From IMG/VR virus record IMGVR_UViG_3300021445_000002: a stretch of DNA of 62,563 nt. The stretch is one strand, 5' to 3'. This document shows positions 8,639 to 18,153 of this stretch, in pieces. The notes under the pieces were generated by a model that searched no databases, had not been told where the DNA came from, and saw only the letters and a program-made list of their open reading frames with translations. This DNA is from a virus (Duplodnaviria > Caudoviricetes). Both the position numbers and the translations under genes were made by a program. The number at the start of each line of letters is the position of its first letter. Position 1 is the stretch's first letter.

Positions 8639-9204
8639 AAGGCGCCGTCCAAGGTGATGATTCGGCCCCACCCACCACAGGGCGCCTCAGTGTGGATCTT
8701 CTTCACGTGCAGCAACTGGCCGTAGCCGATGTCGAGCAGTACCGGACGCTGACACCACGCCAAGCTCTTGCGAGGCTGCTTCCAGCGGAAGCTGACGTAC
8801 CCATCTCGCGGCCGGATGAGTAGCCGGTCATTGGCATACGGTTCGATGGCGTTGAAGATCCACAGCATGTTGCCGTAGTGGTGTTCGCGTACCCGGATCT
8901 CCGTCGGCGGCAGGTACGAGTCCTGCAACTCGATGACCCGCCCGCTGCGGGTCAGCATGTCAGCGCGGTGCTTACCGATGCGTACTTCTCGCCGGTCGGG
9001 TGGCACGAGCATCTGCCACCCTCGGTGCCACTCGTTATTGGGCTCTGCCCACGGGTCGCAGTCCTCAATGGACATGTGCGCCCAGTGCCATGTCAAAATG
9101 TCACCGCACTTAGCAATCACCGGGGCCTCGCAGCAGGGGCAGATGGCCCGCAGACCAGGTGCTGACTCAACTCGGTCGCCGTGTTGGTCGAGTGCGTACC
9201 TCAC
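8635..9204 (-). CDS. CoiA-like nuclease
   Basis: CPCC..VIAKCG...WHWAH...CDPW.E...WH..WQ...HRAD...IELQ.S. Confidence 0.85.
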   Translation of the reverse strand: MRYALDQHGDRVESAPGLRAICPCCEAPVIAKCGDILTWHWAHMSIEDCDPWAEPNNEWHRGWQMLVPPDRREVRIGKHRADMLTRSGRVIELQDSYLPPTEIRVREHHYGNMLWIFNAIEPYANDRLLIRPRDGYVSFRWKQPRKSLAWCQRPVLLDIGYGQLLHVKKIHTEAPCGGWGRIITLDGAL

Positions 9205-11027
9205 GCCGCCGCCCACCGCTCGCCGAGGTCGGCCCGGTCGGTACGCAGCACCGGGTGCCGCCCGGCCATCTGACACAACCGCTCGGGCGGGGTCCGCATG
9301 ATCCGTTCGACCTCGTCGGCCGCGTCGGTGGACACCACCAGTTCGTCGTGCATCGCCAGGTACACCGCATCCGACAACCCGGCCGCGTCGATGCGCACCA
9401 GCGCCTCCGCGAGCACGTCGTAGGCCGAGCCCTGCACGAAGTAGTTGACCGCCTTGTGGACGGCGACACCGAACTGGCCGATCGGGATCGGCAGGATGCG
9501 GCCGGACAGCGTGATCACCAACCGGTGCTGGTCGCCGATGTTGCGCAACTTGGTGATCAGCTTGGCCACGCCGGGCATGGCGTTGAACACCGTGTCCCGC
9601 AGCCGGTATGCGGCGTTCTGGCTGATGCCCAGGTCGGCGGCGAGCTTCTTCATCCCTTCTCCGTACATTTGTGCGAGAACGACGACCTTGGCGTGCTTAC
9701 GGGTAATGCCGGCCACCGCCGCGACAGTGGAGTACAGGTCGCTGCTGCCGTCCTCGTAGCCGGCCAGCACCTTGTGGTCCTTGGCCAGGTTCGCCGCCAC
9801 CACTGGCTCGATCTGTGACCAGTCGATGGAGGTCAACTGGTCGCCCTCGTCGGCGAGCACGATGCCGCGGGCCTCGGCCGGGAACTGCTGCAACGGCGGA
9901 CCGGACATCGACATCCGACCGGTCGCCGCACCGAGGATCGTGGTCGTCGGGTGTACCCGGTAGCAGCCGGTCGCGTCGTCGGCCAGGTCGACGACTTTCT
10001 GTAGATAGTCCTTCTCCACCTTCTCGGTCATCTTCAGCCGCACGAACGCCTGCGCGATCGGGTGGTCGAGCACCTTCAGGTGATCGGCCTGGCTTGACGC
10101 CGCCCCGGTCTTGGCGGTGCGCGGATGGTCGGCCGGCAGCGCGCCGCGCTCCTCCAGCCACCGGGTCAACGACCCGCCGTTGCCCGGCTTGACCCCGACC
10201 GTCTCCAGCGCGGCCCGGTCCTTGTCCTGCTGGGCGAGCACCGACGCCCGGTACGCGTCGAGGCGGTCCAGGTCGACGCGCAGCCCCTTGGCCGCGCGGG
10301 CGATGAACATCCGGTTGATCACCTGCTCGCGGTCGACCAACTCCCAGGCGTCCGCACCGGACACCCCGCTGCCCTTGAACGGATGCCCCTCGGTGAGCCG
10401 CCGGTACGCGGCCTCCCGCACCAGCGGGTACAGCCGAGCGGTCACGATCACATCCAGCGCCGCACCGCGCTGGTAGATGCCGCGGTCCAGGTCGAACGTC
10501 TTGAACCCGACCGTCTTGGTCAGGCCAAGATCCTTGAACGCCTTGGTCAGTACGTCGTTAACCTCGCCGCCGAGGTAGCGGCCACCTGCGGCGAGCAGCG
10601 ATTTACTGGTCAACTCGTCCGGTTCGGCGAGTCGGCAGTACACCAGCGTGTCCCGTACCTTGCGAATGTCCACCGACCGCATCAGCCCGAGGCGGACCAG
10701 GACCGGAATGTCGAACGGCGCGTTGTGCAACACGATTGTCGGTACGGTCTGCAAGACCGAGCGAACCGTGTCCGCCTGGACCGGGTCACGTGGGTCGAGT
10801 ATGACCGCATGGTTGGCGGTGCCGACGGTGACCGCCTTGACGCGCATCGCGGCGGCCCCGACCCCTTCGGTCTCGATGTCGACGGCCAGCCACGGCTCGC
10901 TGCGGGCCAGCAGCGTCGCCCAGCGGGTGGCCGGCTCGCGACCGATGACGTAGTGGGCGTTGAGAAGGTGCAGCGGTATCAGGCCGGATTCGGCCAGTTG
11001 AACAGGCGCGCCGAGATCAAGCTCCAT
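9201..11027 (-). CDS. family A DNA polymerase with 3'-5' exonuclease domain
   Basis: ExoI DIET, ExoII HNAPFD, motif A DWSQIE, motif B RKHAK...YG, motif C HDE. Confidence 0.93.
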   Translation of the reverse strand: MELDLGAPVQLAESGLIPLHLLNAHYVIGREPATRWATLLARSEPWLAVDIETEGVGAAAMRVKAVTVGTANHAVILDPRDPVQADTVRSVLQTVPTIVLHNAPFDIPVLVRLGLMRSVDIRKVRDTLVYCRLAEPDELTSKSLLAAGGRYLGGEVNDVLTKAFKDLGLTKTVGFKTFDLDRGIYQRGAALDVIVTARLYPLVREAAYRRLTEGHPFKGSGVSGADAWELVDREQVINRMFIARAAKGLRVDLDRLDAYRASVLAQQDKDRAALETVGVKPGNGGSLTRWLEERGALPADHPRTAKTGAASSQADHLKVLDHPIAQAFVRLKMTEKVEKDYLQKVVDLADDATGCYRVHPTTTILGAATGRMSMSGPPLQQFPAEARGIVLADEGDQLTSIDWSQIEPVVAANLAKDHKVLAGYEDGSSDLYSTVAAVAGITRKHAKVVVLAQMYGEGMKKLAADLGISQNAAYRLRDTVFNAMPGVAKLITKLRNIGDQHRLVITLSGRILPIPIGQFGVAVHKAVNYFVQGSAYDVLAEALVRIDAAGLSDAVYLAMHDELVVSTDAADEVERIMRTPPERLCQMAGRHPVLRTDRADLGERWAAA

Positions 11028-11139
11028 GCGACACTCCCCGGTGGATTGAATGCGGATGATCAGAACCCCAGAACCGCCCACCGACCCGCTTCCTCGGGCC
11101 ACGAAGACCCCGCGCCGGTGGGCGGCGCTCAGGCGCCGG

Positions 11140-11559
11140 TCAGAACGGCGGCTTGTTGCCGGTGCTGGCGGCCCGCGTGCCGGCCCCGCGGCGCACCGCT
11201 GCCTTGTACGCGTGGAACTCCCGCTTGCCGTCCTTGGTGGACTTGCGACCCAGGTACTTGCAGGCGAACAGGTCGCCCCGCTGCGGGTCGACCTCCTCGA
11301 TCTCCCGGCGCAGTACCGACTGGTAACCGGTGACCCGCACCTTCTCACCGGTCGCGGTCTCCAGCGTGATCACCGGGATTGGGTCGGACACGTACTCGGA
11401 CGTGGTCTTGCTGACCGCGACCACCGTGCCCTGTACGCCCTGACCAGCCTCAGTCGGCATCCACGCGGACGCGTCCGCGCCCTCGCCGAGTCCGTCGAGC
11501 AAGTCGACGACACCGTCGGGCGCGTCGTTGCCGAGGCTGTCGAGCAGGTCGTTTGCCAT
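11140..11559 (-). CDS. putative ssDNA-binding protein
   Basis: OB-like beta pattern, C-terminal PPF tail, between exonuclease and polymerase. Confidence 0.6.
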   Translation of the reverse strand: MANDLLDSLGNDAPDGVVDLLDGLGEGADASAWMPTEAGQGVQGTVVAVSKTTSEYVSDPIPVITLETATGEKVRVTGYQSVLRREIEEVDPQRGDLFACKYLGRKSTKDGKREFHAYKAAVRRGAGTRAASTGNKPPF

Positions 11560-11584
11560 GTGCGTTCTCTCCTTCGTGTGGTTC

Positions 11585-12580
11585 CTAATTGGTGTGCGAG
11601 AGGTCGTACTTGCGCGCCTTGGCGGCGCTGGTGTGCTCGCCGGTCCACGCACCCCGCGAGACTGCGCGCTGCCAGATCAGTTCCAGTTCGGTTACCGACT
11701 CGGCCGCGCGGATCTCGGCAATGACCGATTCCTCGTCGCCGGCCCGCCAGTCCGCCCAGGGCATGGCGAGGTTCTTGCGGGTACGCCAGCGGCGCACGTC
11801 GGCGCACAACTGCGCGGCCTCCCAGCCGGCCTTGATGTCGACCGCGTACAGGTCGCAGGTGCCCGAGCCGACCGGCATGTGCATCACCACGGCCACGTCC
11901 TGGTCGATCGGCGGCAGTGGCCGGTACGTCTGGGTACGGGTGTCCCACAGCGCGGCGCCGTGGGCGTAGCAGGCCAACTGCACGCTGATCTCCAACATGC
12001 CGAACGAGATCACGTCCCTACCCGACTTAAGGTCACCGACCAGGTGGCCGGTCGGCCGCCACAGCGGTCGCAGCAGCCGGTCGAAGCTGCCAGCGAGGTT
12101 GAACTCCGGGATGACCACCAGGCCCTCGATCCAGTTCGGATCGACCGCGAGCTTGCCGGCCGCCAGCGCCCGCGAGTACGCCGAGATATCAGCGGCGAAC
12201 TCGGGCGGCACCACCACGTCCTCGCCGCGGTCGACCCGCTCGGTGATCGTGTGCTTCGCGGTACCCTGCCGGGCCGCGACCGACGAGCCGGCGGCCTCCT
12301 TGGCGTCGACCGCGACCTGATCGAGGGTCTTTTTGTCGGTGGTCGGTGTAACACTGACCAGGCTGAACAGGTCCGGCCGCAGGGTCAGCCCCTTGAGGGC
12401 CATCCTCAACTCCCATTTCGTCAGCGCGAACGTGTCGCTGATCGACTTTGCGAACGTAGTGACGCGGGTGAATGCCATCTCCCTGCCGGTCTGCGGATGC
12501 GGGATCAACGGGCGACCCCACCGATCTCGCTTCGGCTCGGGCGCGGCGTGCAGGCTGTCGAGTAGCGTCGGGCCGGTCAC
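11585..12580 (-). CDS. Cas4/RecB-like PD-(D/E)XK exonuclease
   Basis: RDRWGRP...TRVTT...L..W; GT.KH; AGSFDR...GDLKSG...QLACYA. Confidence 0.85.
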   Translation of the reverse strand: MTGPTLLDSLHAAPEPKRDRWGRPLIPHPQTGREMAFTRVTTFAKSISDTFALTKWELRMALKGLTLRPDLFSLVSVTPTTDKKTLDQVAVDAKEAAGSSVAARQGTAKHTITERVDRGEDVVVPPEFAADISAYSRALAAGKLAVDPNWIEGLVVIPEFNLAGSFDRLLRPLWRPTGHLVGDLKSGRDVISFGMLEISVQLACYAHGAALWDTRTQTYRPLPPIDQDVAVVMHMPVGSGTCDLYAVDIKAGWEAAQLCADVRRWRTRKNLAMPWADWRAGDEESVIAEIRAAESVTELELIWQRAVSRGAWTGEHTSAAKARKYDLSHTN

Positions 12581-12777
12581 CTGTCGGCCACCTCACGCAG
12601 CGGTGCCGTCAGGCAGCCGCCGTCGGTGCACCAGCAGTCCGACAGGCAGTGCAGGTGCGTGCCGGCCGCCGCCGGGCGGGTCGAGCTGGCCGAGAACATG
12701 CACCGCGAACCACGACCGCACAGCACCGCCGGGTACGTCTGGTGTCCGCAGATGTCGCAGATCTGGTGCTCGCTCAC
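12577..12777 (-). CDS. small Cys-rich protein
   Basis: GTG overlap; CDIC, C..CWC..C. Confidence 0.55.
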   Translation of the reverse strand: MSEHQICDICGHQTYPAVLCGRGSRCMFSASSTRPAAAGTHLHCLSDCWCTDGGCLTAPLREVADR

Positions 12778-13049
12778 GCCGGCACCTCGTCGGTCTCGCT
12801 GTAGACCGCGGGCTTGAGCGCGACGTACACCCGCCCGCCGCCCTCGGTGGTACCGATGAATGTCCACTCCGTGATGGCGACCAGGCCGGTGGCGGACAGC
12901 TCTTTGACCGCGTACCCGGCCAGACACCGCGCGCAGACGGTGACCCTCTCGTCGGGCGCATCGCAGCCGTCGGCCTTGCGCATGGCGGATTCCATGACGT
13001 TGTACCAATCGACCCATGAGCCGCACGGTGGATCGTTGTGGTCGCTCAC
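12774..13049 (-). CDS. hypothetical protein
   Basis: coupled ORF. Confidence 0.6.
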   Translation of the reverse strand: MSDHNDPPCGSWVDWYNVMESAMRKADGCDAPDERVTVCARCLAGYAVKELSATGLVAITEWTFIGTTEGGGRVYVALKPAVYSETDEVPA

Positions 13050-13363
13050 GCCGCCACCTCGCCGTCGTCGCCGGCTGCCGCGTAGACCCTTGCCATCCGC
13101 CCGGACCAGGTCGGCCGGCGCCGCTCGGTGGCCACGACCTGCTTGGCGCGCTTCAGCTCGGTCAGGCGGGCGCTCGCCGTCTGGTGTCGCATCCGCAGTG
13201 CGTGCTCCACCTCGTCGCAGGTCGCGCCGACCAGGCCGCGGCTCTCGATGTAGCGCAGCACCGCCTGGCGCATCCGCGCCTTGTCCGGCTCGATGGACTC
13301 GTTGGCCTCGGCGCTCTCGGCGTTGCCGCCGTGCAACCGGCTCGTGATGTCGTATGTGGTCAT
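13046..13363 (-). CDS. winged-helix DNA-binding protein
   Basis: GATCDEVEHAL...HQTASARLTEL...RRPT.SGR.A.VY. Confidence 0.8.
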   Translation of the reverse strand: MTTYDITSRLHGGNAESAEANESIEPDKARMRQAVLRYIESRGLVGATCDEVEHALRMRHQTASARLTELKRAKQVVATERRRPTWSGRMARVYAAAGDDGEVAA

Positions 13364-13614
13364 AGGTCTTCTCCCCCGTGTAGTTGGCGCACCAGCTCGT
13401 CGGCGGCCCGTTCGCAGGTCCGTAGCCGGTCGGCGTAGTCCTGGCAGATCCGGTCGTGTTCGTCGGGGTGCATGACGTAGCCGAGGTCGTAGAGCACGCT
13501 CAGCCCGTAGGCGACCTGCTCGCGGACCAGCCCGCGCGACGGCAGGTGCCGCAGGAACGCCGATGCGGCGTCCAGCCACACCTGCGGCAGGGTCGGGTCG
13601 TTGCGGGGCATCAC
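13360..13614 (-). CDS. hypothetical protein
   Basis: coupled ORF. Confidence 0.55.
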   Translation of the reverse strand: MMPRNDPTLPQVWLDAASAFLRHLPSRGLVREQVAYGLSVLYDLGYVMHPDEHDRICQDYADRLRTCERAADELVRQLHGGEDL

Positions 13615-14048
13615 CACGGCGACACCGCCTCGTCGTCGTCTTGCAGTTCGCCGACCAGATCGGCCCAGGCCCGCCGCTGCCGCGCCGGCATGTCGGGCAC
13701 CCGGTCGCGTTCGCGCGCCTGCGCCCCGATCCAATGCACCGCCGGGTTGCGGTCGAGCGCCCGCATCCGCCCGGCCATCGCGTCCGCGTCAAGCTGGTCG
13801 ACCAGGTACTCGTCCAGCGGGGCGCGGTGCAGGTCGGTGTGGTACACGTCGCCGTCGCCGTACTCGTCGGGTTCGGCGTCGTACTCGTCGGCGTCGAGCG
13901 ACCGGCGCAGCCGCAGGTTCAGGTACGCCAATCCGCCGACGACGTAGGTCAGCAGCGAGGCCGCCATCCAGTGCCCGTCGTCGGTGACCAGGTACGCGGC
14001 GGACTCCGCGCCGGCCGCGACGAACGCGCCGATGGTGAAGATCCTCAG
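13611..14048 (-). CDS. membrane protein
   Basis: two N-terminal hydrophobic segments and an acidic tail. Confidence 0.55.
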   Translation of the reverse strand: MRIFTIGAFVAAGAESAAYLVTDDGHWMAASLLTYVVGGLAYLNLRLRRSLDADEYDAEPDEYGDGDVYHTDLHRAPLDEYLVDQLDADAMAGRMRALDRNPAVHWIGAQARERDRVPDMPARQRRAWADLVGELQDDDEAVSPW

Positions 14049-14407
14049 CACGCCGCACCGGCCCGCTGCTCGTGGCCAGCGGCGTGGAGGATGGCGTCTA
14101 CGCCGTCCCTCCAGCCGGCAGCGCGACCGAACCGGTAGATAGAGGAGAAGGTCGCCGGTAGCAGGCCCAGCGCGGCGAGCACGTCGGCGGCCTGCTGTAC
14201 CGAGGTCACGTCGACCTGCGACCGGCGCGCCGTGTTCCACGCGTGCCGGTCGAGCAGCGTTACCGACATGTGTCCGTCGGGCGTCCAGGACACTTCCGCG
14301 GTCCAGTCGGTTCGCCGCCAGCAGCGCGGCGCGGCGGCGCGCTCCCACCCGTTGGCGCGCGCCCAGCGGGGCATCGCGGCGAGCAGGTGGCGGTTGGTGC
14401 GGTTCAT
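14045..14407 (-). CDS. hypothetical protein
   Basis: AGGAGG RBS plus ATG. Confidence 0.65.
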   Translation of the reverse strand: MNRTNRHLLAAMPRWARANGWERAAAPRCWRRTDWTAEVSWTPDGHMSVTLLDRHAWNTARRSQVDVTSVQQAADVLAALGLLPATFSSIYRFGRAAGWRDGVDAILHAAGHEQRAGAAC

Positions 14408-14493
14408 TTCAGGCGTCCTCCTTTCTTGTTTGCGGGGTCGCCAAAGACAGCCCTCATAGGGGCTGGTTCATGGGCGTTGGTGAGTGGTGGGTG

Positions 14494-14718
14494 CTAGGCG
14501 GCGGGCCGACGGTGCCTGACCGGTGCGGGTCGTGGCTCGGCACAGGCGGCCAGCCACAGGTCAAAGTCGGCGCGACGGAATCGCACGTGCTTGCCGACCT
14601 TGGTGACGCGCGGCCCCTTGCCCCGCACCCGCCAGGCCCGGACCGTCGCCGGGGACACCTTCAGCACGGCGGCGATGTCGTCGATGGTGAGTAGGTCGTC
14701 CGCGCTGGTCGTCTTCAT
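14494..14718 (-). CDS. excisionase/AlpA-like HTH protein
   Basis: LLTIDDIAAVLKVSPATVRAWR..GKGP...KVGKHVRF. Confidence 0.85.
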   Translation of the reverse strand: MKTTSADDLLTIDDIAAVLKVSPATVRAWRVRGKGPRVTKVGKHVRFRRADFDLWLAACAEPRPAPVRHRRPAA

Positions 14719-15035
14719 CGGTCGGTCCCGTACACGTCGTCGCCTTCGTCGTCGCCGTCCAGGTCGGCCGGGGTCACGACGGTGTCGTTCAGGTACGCGC
14801 CGACGCTCTCGGTCACCACGGCGAACTTGCGCCCGTCCGCCCCGACCTTGTGCGCGGCGAGCTTGTCCTTCTTGATCAACCTCTTGACGGTCTTCGGTGA
14901 GACGGTGAGCAGGTACGCCGCCGCCGCGAGCGAGATCAGCGGAGGCAGCCAGACCCCGAAGCCGCCGGCCAGCGACAGCCTCACCTTCGGTGCGTCGACC
15001 GGCTCCGGACTGTCCGTATTGATGGGTATGTTCAT
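14715..15035 (-). CDS. excisionase-like HTH protein
   Basis: LISLAAAAYLLTVSPKTVKRLIKKDKLAAHKVG. Confidence 0.75.
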   Translation of the reverse strand: MNIPINTDSPEPVDAPKVRLSLAGGFGVWLPPLISLAAAAYLLTVSPKTVKRLIKKDKLAAHKVGADGRKFAVVTESVGAYLNDTVVTPADLDGDDEGDDVYGTDR

Positions 15036-15368
15036 GTATCCGCCCGTTGGTTCAAAAAACTTCGTACGTTTGCCTTGTTGCCCCTTCCGGACTGTTGTGC
15101 TCCGGTTGGCGGTGTTCGTCACGTTACTCAGGGCGGAAACGCGGCGCAAGCTGGGGTTATGACTCAGGGTGACGTCGAGTCCACCCCTGTCCACTCCTGT
15201 CCACTCGGGACCGTTACGGGTTCACCCGTTCGGGCGTCGGCGCGGGGGCAGGGTGAAGATCGACACGCCGGGCGGACATGGAAAAACCCCGGGCCCCGCT
15301 CTCCCGATCGGGTGACCTGGCGGCGCGCCATAAGTAAGCGGGCGCCCAGTGGGCAGTTCGATCGGAAC

Positions 15369-15839
15369 ATGACAGATGAACGAAGGTGTGGCCGCCCGAC
15401 GAAATCGGGCCAGCCTTGCCGCTCCATTTTGAATGGCCCAGGTATTCGCGCCTGCAGTGTTCATGCGACCGCGGAGGACCGCGCCTATGAAGAGGGTTGG
15501 AGTGCAGGACGGCGGCATTCCGACGAAAGCGACCGAGCGGAGATCACCAGGCTCCACAGGCGGGTGCTGGAATTGGAGCAGGAGCGACGCCCGAAACCAA
15601 TCGAGCCACCACTTCGCGAAAAGACGGCTGACGGAGATCAAATCATTCGGTGCAGTAAGGGATACGCGTACGCCTGGCGCGGTAGCCCGCTCCAGGTCGG
15701 TGACCGGGTTGTGCTTCCGGGGAACTGGTTGTTCCCGAACGCTCGCGAGGACGTGGTCTCCGGGCTCGGTACCACCTACACCGGGAGTCTGTCGTACGTC
15801 GTGCGGTTGATCGCGCGGGCGGAGGCTCCGGACCAATAA
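15369..15839 (+). CDS. hypothetical protein with N-terminal C-x9-C...C-x2-H motif
   Basis: RCGRPTKSGQPC...ACSVH. Confidence 0.6.
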   Translation: MTDERRCGRPTKSGQPCRSILNGPGIRACSVHATAEDRAYEEGWSAGRRHSDESDRAEITRLHRRVLELEQERRPKPIEPPLREKTADGDQIIRCSKGYAYAWRGSPLQVGDRVVLPGNWLFPNAREDVVSGLGTTYTGSLSYVVRLIARAEAPDQ

Positions 15840-15899
15840 GGCTGCGCGACTGGCGCGCAAGTAGCCGTTTAGTCGACCCGAGCCTCCACCAAAAGTTCT

Positions 15900-16082
15900 G
15901 TCCACTTTGGATTTTATTACGGAAAAATAACTATTTCTTGACGTCTATATCCGCAGGTCAGAGGCTGAAAGAAGAGAAGTTCAATTTCCGTATTTTAGAG
16001 CGATTCGATACCCTATCGGCAATGAAGTCCTATGAGGCACTGTAGGGCATTGTGTGTTGTTATTCAATACTGATCAGGAGGT
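15900..16082. promoter_or_regulatory. AT-rich region upstream of the integrase (promoter and possible attP)
   Basis: strongly AT-rich tract, TTATT...AATAA inverted repeat, AGGAGG at about 16076. Confidence 0.45.
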
Positions 16083-17144
16083 TTGTCTGAATTGAGCGTT
16101 AACATGCGAACCGCCGCCGACGAGTTCCTACAGAAGGGACTGACGCACCGGTCGGCCGGCACGCGGCGCGCCTACGCCCGGCCGCTCGATGTGTTGGTCA
16201 ACGTCACCGGCGAGCGGATGCCGATCACCCGGCTCGACCGCACGCACATCGATGAGGCCCTACGACTCAGCAAGGGGGGCATCGCGCTCAAGGTGCCGGC
16301 GTCGCGCCGGCAGGAATTGCACGGCCGCTCCGAGGAGTCGCTGAACGTGGACCGGACCGCATACAGCCGGTTCGTTCATTACTGGCAGACGCGGGGGTAC
16401 TTCCACGGCAAGATCAGCCCGACAGCTCATATCGAATACGCGAAGCGGAAGCGCAAGAGCGGCGAGCGCAAGCGCCCGCTAACGATCGAGGTGGGCATGG
16501 AGGTCATGCGACTAGCTGGTGAGACTCACCCACGGGACCGCATGGCCGTCGCGCTTGCGCTTTTCACTGGCATGCGCGTCTCCGAAATCGCCGCCCTTCG
16601 GTGGGGTCACGTGAAGTGGGCCGATAAGGAGATCCACTTCCCGCGCGACAAGGCGGACGATGAACACGTGGCCATGTTCAACCCGCCGCTGGAGCGGGAG
16701 CTGCAAACATGGCACGGCATCTATGGCGAACGGCACGGCACTATCAGCGATGACTGGTACGTCGTGCCCGGCCGACTGCAAGGCAAGTACCGCGATCGGT
16801 TTGATCGCATGAACCCCGACTGGCCGATGATCCCGAACCGGCCAGCCACCAACTTGTACGTCTGCCTCAAGCCGTTGTTGGTCGCGGCTGGCGTGCAACA
16901 CCTGGACGGCAAAGCGTGGCATACCCTGCGCCGGACGTTCGCCAACGAGTTCTACGAGGAGAAGCGCGACATCCGGTCCGTGCAGGAAGCGCTGGGCCAC
17001 AAGAGTGAGAAGACCACGGAGATCTACCTTGACATGGATGAGCAGCGCAACAAGAACAAGATCGCGATGAGGAACTGGGACCCAACCCGCAAGATTGCCC
17101 AGGCCACCGGCAACGTGGTGCCGTTCCAGCGCAAGGCTCAGTAG
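16083..17144 (+). CDS. tyrosine recombinase/integrase, XerC/D-like size
   Basis: TGMRVSE, WHTLRR, LGHKS, TTEIY catalytic motifs; start may be 16092 or 16104. Confidence 0.93.
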   Translation: MSELSVNMRTAADEFLQKGLTHRSAGTRRAYARPLDVLVNVTGERMPITRLDRTHIDEALRLSKGGIALKVPASRRQELHGRSEESLNVDRTAYSRFVHYWQTRGYFHGKISPTAHIEYAKRKRKSGERKRPLTIEVGMEVMRLAGETHPRDRMAVALALFTGMRVSEIAALRWGHVKWADKEIHFPRDKADDEHVAMFNPPLERELQTWHGIYGERHGTISDDWYVVPGRLQGKYRDRFDRMNPDWPMIPNRPATNLYVCLKPLLVAAGVQHLDGKAWHTLRRTFANEFYEEKRDIRSVQEALGHKSEKTTEIYLDMDEQRNKNKIAMRNWDPTRKIAQATGNVVPFQRKAQ

Positions 17145-17159
17145 TCCGCCTCCTGAACC

Positions 17160-17198
17160 GATCGACCCTCGCCATCCCGAACGTGGCGAGGGTCGATC
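17160..17198. terminator. 15-bp hairpin between convergent genes
   Basis: GATCGACCCTCGCCA / TGGCGAGGGTCGATC. Confidence 0.75.
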
Positions 17199-17208
17199 CA
17201 TGCGCAGC

Positions 17209-17532
17209 CTACGATGTCGCCTGCTCCGATGATCTGGCCGCGCGGATGCCCGCCAGAGCTGCGAGCAGTGTCTCGCGGTTCCGCCCCTCCACGTCTGGCG
17301 GCAAGGGTTCATTGATCACCGTGTAGACCAAGACGGTCCCGTCAGAGCGCTCGTGCGTGCTCACGAATGTCTCAACGGTGTAGCCCATCTCTCGCACGGC
17401 CCGCCGCCCCGCCTTCCGGATGTAGGCGATCAAGTCCGTGTCCGCCCGCTGTACCGGGATCGCGCAACTCCATTCCTTCTTTAGTTCGGCCTTGATCGCG
17501 GCCACCAACTCATCGAAATGATCGTCAACCAC
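17209..17532 (-). CDS. hypothetical protein; may extend to ATG 17694 with a TM segment
   Basis: GGGAG RBS plus GTG; open upstream frame. Confidence 0.55.
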   Translation of the reverse strand: MVDDHFDELVAAIKAELKKEWSCAIPVQRADTDLIAYIRKAGRRAVREMGYTVETFVSTHERSDGTVLVYTVINEPLPPDVEGRNRETLLAALAGIRAARSSEQATS

Positions 17533-17805
17533 TCTTGACCGTCTCCCTCTTGTTGATGCCCTATGCCGCGCCCGCGGCGCCGGCCGTCGCTTCGGCGTAC
17601 CGACCCGCACGATCACCATCGCCAGGCCGCTACCGGCCAGCACGCCGGCCGGGATCGACACGATGCCCAGTACGGCCAGCTCGGTCAGCGACATGCTCTG
17701 CTCAACGAGCCTGAGTCCGGTATGCCCCGGAATGTGGCAACGGTCCACCCGATCGGACGACAGGCGTCTACTGGATCTCGTATCCCAGCGGGGTACACTG
17801 CGACC

Positions 17806-18153
17806 ATGGACCTCACCGAGCAGGACATCCGCGCCGCGATGGACAGCGGCGACTTTTCCGCCGTGTTCGACCTACCCGCGCCGCGTACCGGCTACCTCGC
17901 GCCATTCGAGGTCACGCCGCTGTCGCCGCATGCCGAGACCACCCAGATCAGCCTGCGGCTGCCGGTGGCGCTGCTAGCGGTCTACGACTCGATCGCCGAC
18001 CGCGACCGCGTCTCGCGCTCAGATCTGATCCGGGCCGCGATGTACCGCGAGCTGGCCCGCCACAGCCGCCCGGTGGCCACCGACGAGGACGAGGTACGCC
18101 ACGCCCTCGACGTGCTGCGCGCCGCGCTGCTGCCGCTGCGAGACGCCGCATGA
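17806..18153 (+). CDS. ribbon-helix-helix (CopG-like) protein
   Basis: TTQISLRLPVALL...D..A....VSRSDLIRAA. Confidence 0.8.
   Translation: MDLTEQDIRAAMDSGDFSAVFDLPAPRTGYLAPFEVTPLSPHAETTQISLRLPVALLAVYDSIADRDRVSRSDLIRAAMYRELARHSRPVATDEDEVRHALDVLRAALLPLRDAA

Noticed and set aside
9201-11027. Z-genome (DpoZ) system
   Set aside because: No purZ, datZ or mazZ-like genes recognised in the window.
11585-12580. Cas4-like gene as evidence of CRISPR-Cas
   Set aside because: Sits in a recombination/replication operon, as is common for phage exonucleases; no array or other cas genes.
15960-16030. tRNA-derived attP core
   Set aside because: Only short GTTCAA/ATTCGA resemblances with no convincing T-arm or acceptor stem; cannot be called without the host genome.
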